42,389 nucleotides of DNA from Paraglomus brasilianum (taxonomy: Eukaryota): the NCBI GenBank assembly GCA_910592345.1, contig CAJVPI010000210.1:1-42389 (forward strand), written 5' to 3'. Positions 35,899 through 42,389 of the stretch are shown in pieces. Numbering within the stretch: position 1 is the stretch's first letter; each line of letters begins with the position of its first letter. Both the position numbers and the translations under genes were made by a program. The notes under the pieces were generated by a model. The model worked only from the letters and a program-made list of their open reading frames with translations. It ran no database searches and was not told where the DNA came from.

Positions 35899-36672
35899 TC
35901 AAATTCTGTAGTTAGGAATCTCCTCTACAGCCAAATGTAGAAGCCCACCATCATTCTCTTCTCTGTCCTTTGAGAAATCGTAGTCGTCAAGGCAAGGCAT
36001 TTCATATTGTACCGAGTGGTTAGTCACAATCGGGTGAGACTGAACGACGCTAGTCATCGAAGGAGGAATTCCAGTGATTATGGACGGATCCACAGCCATT
36101 TGTTGGAGATTCAGTAGACGATATGGAGCAGCAAATACCGGTGTATATTTTGATCGATATCCTTTCAGCTCCCCGTACATATCAAACTTTTTCTCGCATT
36201 TAAACGATTTTCTTTTCTTGGGAGTGTATTTGTAATCAGGATACAATGCTTTGTGCTTTTCAAAGGCTATCTTTTGAAGTATTTGAAAAAATCTCTTCAC
36301 AATCGGGGGCTGTCGTCGCCATTCCTCTCCAACCTTTTTACAGATTATCTGGCTGTTAAATGTTCCATCAGGATAGATCAACTGTAGTTTAGCGTCACAA
36401 TCTTTTCGAAATATAATAAACCCATTCTGAGGCCTGGGCGGAGTGCTATCGTCTTTACGTCTAGACTTTCGTGGTTTTGTGCCTGGAGCTACCAGTTCCT
36501 CGAGACAGAGAGTTAGCGGATACGGTGGGTTTTTTAAGAGCGACTGATCCTTCGGGTTTAGACTCTCTATGATCGACCGAGTGTCGGACTGGGGTGTGAG
36601 CGGGGCAGTCGACGGGGGCGACGCCGCGGTGACTGTTTCGGGAGGAGTAAGAGTTGATCTTGATTCATGCAT
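35899..36672 (-). CDS. HMG-box protein 7 (MATA-HMG-like), 257 aa
   Basis: PPRPQNGFIIFRKDC...ICKKVGEEWRRQPPIVKRFFQILQKIAFEKHKALYPDYKYTPKKRK. Single exon. Confidence 0.94.
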   Translation of the reverse strand: MHESRSTLTPPETVTAASPPSTAPLTPQSDTRSIIESLNPKDQSLLKNPPYPLTLCLEELVAPGTKPRKSRRKDDSTPPRPQNGFIIFRKDCDAKLQLIYPDGTFNSQIICKKVGEEWRRQPPIVKRFFQILQKIAFEKHKALYPDYKYTPKKRKSFKCEKKFDMYGELKGYRSKYTPVFAAPYRLLNLQQMAVDPSIITGIPPSMTSVVQSHPIVTNHSVQYEMPCLDDYDFSKDREENDGGLLHLAVEEIPNYRI

Positions 36673-39600
36673 TATTAAATGACGCGATTCTCATGAAACT
36701 GATTAATAAAGGAATGTGCTGATGTCAACATGAAAATTAATATGAAGAGCCAGATGTTTAGTTTAAAGGTATTTATGTAAGTTAAAGTTTCACAATTATC
36801 AGCGCAACTGTTTAGGCAACGCCTTATTTATCCTTTGTCTTTTTGTATTATAAAATTTTTAAATATAGTAAACGTAATGGAGCTGGTGGGAATATAAATG
36901 TTTTTTATAGTAGCATTAAGATTGTATAAAAAAAATAAGTAAACAATATATACTAACATAAACGTACACATACAAATAAATATAATCAGTTTTATTCTTT
37001 ATCGTATAATGAGATTACATAAATATTTATTTTTTGAATATGGTCTTAGCCGAACAAATCCGATGTTTTGCCAAGGCCTAGTGTAGTGGTCTCACATTTT
37101 TAATGGTACCTCTCATGTAGTGTTCGTTTCACTCTCTTCGATTGCTTACGGTAAATCTCCTCATCAAACTGTTGTGTTCACTACAACACTACCATTAATA
37201 TAAATTGACATTGAATCCGTCACCACTCTCCTTTCTTTATCATCAGATCAAGAAAATTCTCCCATTCTAATATAACCAAATTCCCCCTCCCCACCCCGTA
37301 TTTTTCAAAGGCAAACACAAACGTCGAATCCAGAAAAAAAAAAAGAGTGCTGTACCAATAAACGTCTTTAACGACGCATGATGTCGCCGAAACAATTATA
37401 AATACGGGTTTAGAACCAAGCACGCGCACAACAACAGGCTTGGCCGTTCTATCAAAGTTTACATAATGACTGTCGTACATAATAATGAGTCTTTTCAAAT
37501 GCCAAGGAGTATAAAAGGGAAGTTATATAAGATGTGTACAAGCCATTGTGTGTTCGAAAGATAATGTAGTAGAGATTGTGATTAAGCTTGAATAGTTTGA
37601 GGATATTTTTATCAGAAATTAATTCTTCCTTATTGCGCTATATCAGCCAAAAAAGTCTTGATTGTATACATATTAGTAAAATACAAAACCTTATCTCGCT
37701 TTCTACTGATTTTGTAGATCCGATTTTTTAAATATAAAATTGTTGGCAGAACTTATCTCCGAATCGATCGACAGATATTTTTAAAAATTTATATGCTTCT
37801 ATATTTCGAATCTTCGAAATAGCAATTTCAAGCAATTTGCAGAAAAACACGTATTTGCTAAATTTGAACTTTGTGAGATAGTTCAACGTCTGTGTTAATG
37901 GGTTATTAGAGCTTACCATTGTTTATACTTGATTCCCGGCTTGTTTGCCAAGCACGAGATTCAATGATAAGCAATGCTTACTTTGCAAAACTTCTATTAT
38001 GCTATTTATAATTCACTAATTAAATTTGACAGCCTTTTATTCAGATAGAGTTATTGTAAAAGACAAAACCTGATAATCACGAGAAAAAGTCTTATCGAAG
38101 CAGAAGTTTGTATGTAATTACAAAATGTATCGAGAAGTGTGCTCAACGACAAGTCTTGGCGAACCAGTAATTATTACGGTGTAAGAATACAACAGTGAGT
38201 GTTTACTGATAACAGTGCAAAAGTTCGAGTTTCGTAAAGATAAGGCAAAAATCATTGACCTTTGTTAAAGGAAGGACATTGTTTGATATTGTTGGTAGTA
38301 ATATGATGATTATCTACTTACGAATTTAATCGCACAACTCGAGAGTGAGAGGTAAAAAAAAAACTCTAGCGAATGATGCAAAAACTGACGCCAATGTCAT
38401 GAATTTCGTTCAGATTTGATTGGAAGCGTCGGTATTTTTAATGGAAGCTAATGTAACTATTTCGTTGTTCAAAACCGTTGTGACACAATCAATCATGTAG
38501 TGTAATATGTGGCATTATGTTCTTGTAGTATTACTATTACGAAATATTTGGTAATACAATATAGCGATATCACATATGCATTGCCATTTAAATACCACAT
38601 ATGCATGATTGTAATACTATATATAGAACAAATCAAACCGCCTATACGATTTAGCAATGCCGAATTTCACTTTGTGACACCTATGTCTGCAAGAACTTAC
38701 AACGACCTCCCTCCGCAAACCTTTACGCATGACACTCTGTTTGGTGGAGCGTTTGCAGCTGCTCGCACGCCATCAAGTTCTATTGACATTACATTTTTTT
38801 TGTGTGGTTCTGTCATATACTGAAAGTTTGCCAGTCTGACACTCAAGTCTGTAATAAACTGGCTTTGGAATCTCAATCACGCGACAAAATTAAGGATCTA
38901 TCCGGTCAATGTGAGGTATTTTATAAAGTACCGCATCGCCCATTTTAAATACACGGCTTTTTTTTTTTTCATTCTTTGACAAAGAATTCTAATAAACTCA
39001 TGGCTTCTGCGATTTTTTCCGCCGCCGGTTTTTTTCGGATTTCATCATGATAGTATCACTGTGATCATAAAGATAGTACTAATTTACTTTATATCAATTA
39101 GTAAATCAAAGTAGACCTCAATATATCTTATACGTTACTCGTCCGCACTTGACTTATGTTTATCGGATTGGTCTATATCAACATGTCAGCGCTTTTCCCC
39201 CCATCGTTCAGTTATCTCATATCCAAACAGATTGCCATTATCTAGCATGCAAACCGTCTTTTGGAATATATGTAAAGTAATAAAAAACATATGTAAATTT
39301 GTCAGAATTTGCAGTATTCTTTGCGAACATTCATCCATCTCTCAAATTGTTCTTCTTACTAGCAGCACGGATGATGAACGGACAAAATCACACCAGGTGG
39401 GGGTCATTCAATGCGACAATGGATTCACATTTGTATCGTCATTTAAACTGTTTTTAGGTATTAGCCTTTCTGGTGTCATAATTTTTTCTTGCATGTCCTC
39501 ACGATGATCGCAATGCAAAATCAAAATGACTACCATTTGCGATTCCGTCATCGTTTAAAGTTTTTCTAGATATTTATTTCCTTTATATCTCATAGTCCTG

Positions 39601-40065
39601 GAGACGTTATAGGATCATAATCAACGGCGGCCTCCATTCTGTGCTTTCGCCGCCGTTAAAAAAATAATAATTTTTTTTAGACACCCAATTTTTTCGTATG
39701 CCCTCATAGTCCAATGGTCAGGGGCCTTTTTAATATTGCAATTCTGAAGTATATAGTAAGAGCAAACGAGGTGCGCTACATTAATAAAATACACTTTTTT
39801 CTTCTTAATTTGAATTGTTAAAATATGAAATTTTGTTAGAAAGCGTGAAAAATAAACAAACTTCAACGCTGTCGTTTACTGACCAAAAATGCAATTGATG
39901 TCCCCGTTAATGTCACATGAGTGAAAAAAATAATATTATCCCGATTCACGCAAATTTCATTAACTGACTTTCCTCCGGTCGTTCATTTATCTCATTTATC
40001 AGTATTACTGGTTTCATTACTACAATTCTAGAAGCTTTGAATTCAATTAAGTTCACTCCAGCAGC

Positions 40066-40323
40066 ATGCCCTATAAAGGCAATTTTTCTTACAAAAACGA
40101 CAATATTAATTTCATCCATCCCGACGACAACGTTCGAACAATTATCGAAAGGATAACCACTGATATAGCAAGGATCTATTTTGTAAACAGTCGAGGCCGT
40201 CAAATTCAAATTCCAGCTAATATTGCTCTTAGGAATACGATGACGAATAGAATGAACCAAGTCAAATGGTTTTTATATCACCCGGTTTTTCACTATGCCT
40301 TGTCTCAGAACGGCGTTGACTAG
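40066..40323 (+). CDS. Small hypothetical protein or gene relic, 85 aa
   Basis: ATG-initiated ORF with globular-looking composition (RIYFVNSRGRQIQIPANIALRN). No family could be assigned. Confidence 0.3.
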   Translation: MPYKGNFSYKNDNINFIHPDDNVRTIIERITTDIARIYFVNSRGRQIQIPANIALRNTMTNRMNQVKWFLYHPVFHYALSQNGVD

Positions 40324-40597
40324 AATCAAACAACAGGCAATCAATGGGGTTGCAAATCTATGACAAAAAACGGCGGTTCTATTTCGCCTCATTTCGGACT
40401 TTTGTCTTGTTTGTGTATGGGACAAAATCGAAAAAGCAGAGCACCAAAGCAGCAGCCCGTCATTTATAATTTGAACCTTTACTGAACGTGACGTCTAAGA
40501 ATCAAGTGTTCGTTTTAATGCTGGAGCCTAGACGACCAACTAAATGTACATTCAAGTACAATTTCTCGTTTACTAAAAAGAAAAGAGTATCATCAGG

Positions 40598-40933
40598 AAT
40601 CCTTCAGCAAAAAGACATAGAACGGTTCAGCATCCAAACTTAGAAAATGCACTATATGAATGGGTTATACAAATGCAGGCCAAAGAATATTAACTAATGT
40701 GATATTGATGCAAAAAGCCAAAGACTTTTCACAATTGTTGAATATACCCGACGATTTCAAGTTTTCTTCTGGTTGGTTGTCCGGGTTTAAAAAGAGACAT
40801 GGACTTAAGCAAGTCAAAAAATGGAGAAGCTGCATCAGCAGATAATGCTGTGATTTTTAAAACTATAACCAAATTAAAGAAGTTATGATTTAAAAGATAT
40901 ACTCAATATAGATGAGGCAGGCTTATTTTACCA
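40598..40933 (+). mobile_element. pogo/Tigger-type transposase relic (CENP-B HTH plus first DDE motif)
   Basis: NPSAKRHRTVQHPNLENALYEWVIQ /fs/ ILTNVILMQKAKDFSQLLNIPDDFKFSSGWLSGFKKRHGL /fs/ GEAASAD ... KDILNIDEAGLFY, then a GTAAGT donor-like site. Confidence 0.85.
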
Positions 40934-42389
40934 GTAAGTACGATTAGATCTTCATCATTTATCATACCATTATTTACATGCACAGGGGAGTGACAAAGCA
41001 TTGCATGCTTTTATTTTTAGCAATAAAAAAAATTTTATTAAGACCACAGTCAATTATATTTTATATTCGGAATTAATACATCAATATTTATGTCCTCCAT
41101 TGGCAGCAATCACAGCCTGAATTCTATTTGGCGCTGCAGGCATGCGCCACATTCAAACTTTTTTTTTTGGTATTAGTATTACACATTAATATTTCAGAAT
41201 TATTCACCGACCTATTTCAACCTCCCAAGCAATAGACACTTTTGTTCGGCAACAACGACGCACTAAATAGAGTTATTCTAGAAGAACAGCTAATAATCCT
41301 TAGTAGAAGAGCGTCTTTTTAAGGAATTCACTTGCTGCTTGTACTCCGTTCTCAACCAAATAAGTTTATTTAATAATATTAATATAGACGATATGTTTAA
41401 TTAAATTTCACTGGAATCAGACTTTTTGTTGTACAGTGCAATGACGTCACTTTATTGGAATGACATGCTTCTGTCGGTTTGATATAATTCAATCTTGTTG
41501 TTTTGTAAACCAATATTTCATTTTATCACTAAAACTACAATCGATTGGCTATAAAATGTTATTTACAAGTCTTAATGAAAATGAAGTGCAGTACAAATTT
41601 TGTTCATATGGCAAGGATACTTGGAGTTTTGGTTTTTCTAAAAAATCGAGTCATTTGTTTTAATGTGTCTAAACAATCTGGTTGTAGTGTCTTTCTTTCA
41701 TGTGAAGAATAATTTTCTAGAGAGCTAAGCAATACAAATAGACTACCCATATAGTCATTTATATACATGCATTGTAATTTTTTTTGTTCCTAATCGCCTT
41801 TTACTTTACTATCTTATTTATGCTTAATATAATAGTTAATTAACGTTTACCCTTTTGCTCATCAACAATATTTTTTCATCGGAGTAAGTTGCTTGTATAA
41901 ATGTTAGAATACCATTCAACATGAATAAGTTGTTATTATAAATAAATAAAAATCGAAAAACACCCCATATTTATATAGGTTTGTCTATGATGACATTATA
42001 ATACACATAAAAAAATTTTAATGGTAAAAACTAATCATTAAATAGATAATGATTTAATCACTCATCTATTGTTGAAAATAACTAATAAGCAGCTAATTAA
42101 ATATTACGTAGAAAATAATATGACTGAGATGTAATGATAGACGTGTAATGACATTCGCACATTCTACCTCGGCAAAGTCTGCTAATACTAACAGTAAACG
42201 TGCACTATTTATTTTAATTCATCTCATATTGTAAACCCTTGAGTAAAAACCCGCATAACTGTAAATAAACCGCGAATTACAAGTTTATTCAAAAAAGAGG
42301 TTGAGTATCTAGATTATAAGAAATGCACGGTGTTAATATTGTAAATTGACTTCATTATAACCAATTGTTGTCTTCATACCTGCAGCTGA

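Noticed and set aside
7493..36672. Calling the cluster the mating-type (sex/MAT) locus or naming genes sexM, sexP or MAT1-2-1
   Set aside because: No triose-phosphate transporter or RNA helicase flanks (Mucorales), no APN2/SLA2 (ascomycetes) and no homeodomain genes are visible, and orthology cannot be set by eye.

Overview
AT-rich eukaryotic DNA, most likely fungal; an arbuscular mycorrhizal (Glomeromycotina)-like genome is inferred from the gene families, short GT-AG introns and TE types. The dominant feature is a ~29 kb cluster (7493-36672) of seven single-exon, strongly diverged MATA/SOX-type HMG-box genes in mixed orientation (- - + + - + -), with no recognisable housekeeping gene between them. 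Six share an N-terminal motif just before the HMG box ((P)PYxL[TSK][ILM]xxxxL, followed by a basic linker), and their helix-2 DNA-contact positions all differ. The intergenic DNA holds pogo/Tigger transposase relics, several MITEs with readable TIRs/TSDs (three side by side at 33.4-34.4 kb), minisatellites, a local enrichment of GCATATTAA around the divergent HMG2/HMG3 pair, and degraded lineage-specific genes at both ends. No rRNA, tRNA or CRISPR features were seen. All calls were made by eye; no database searches were run.
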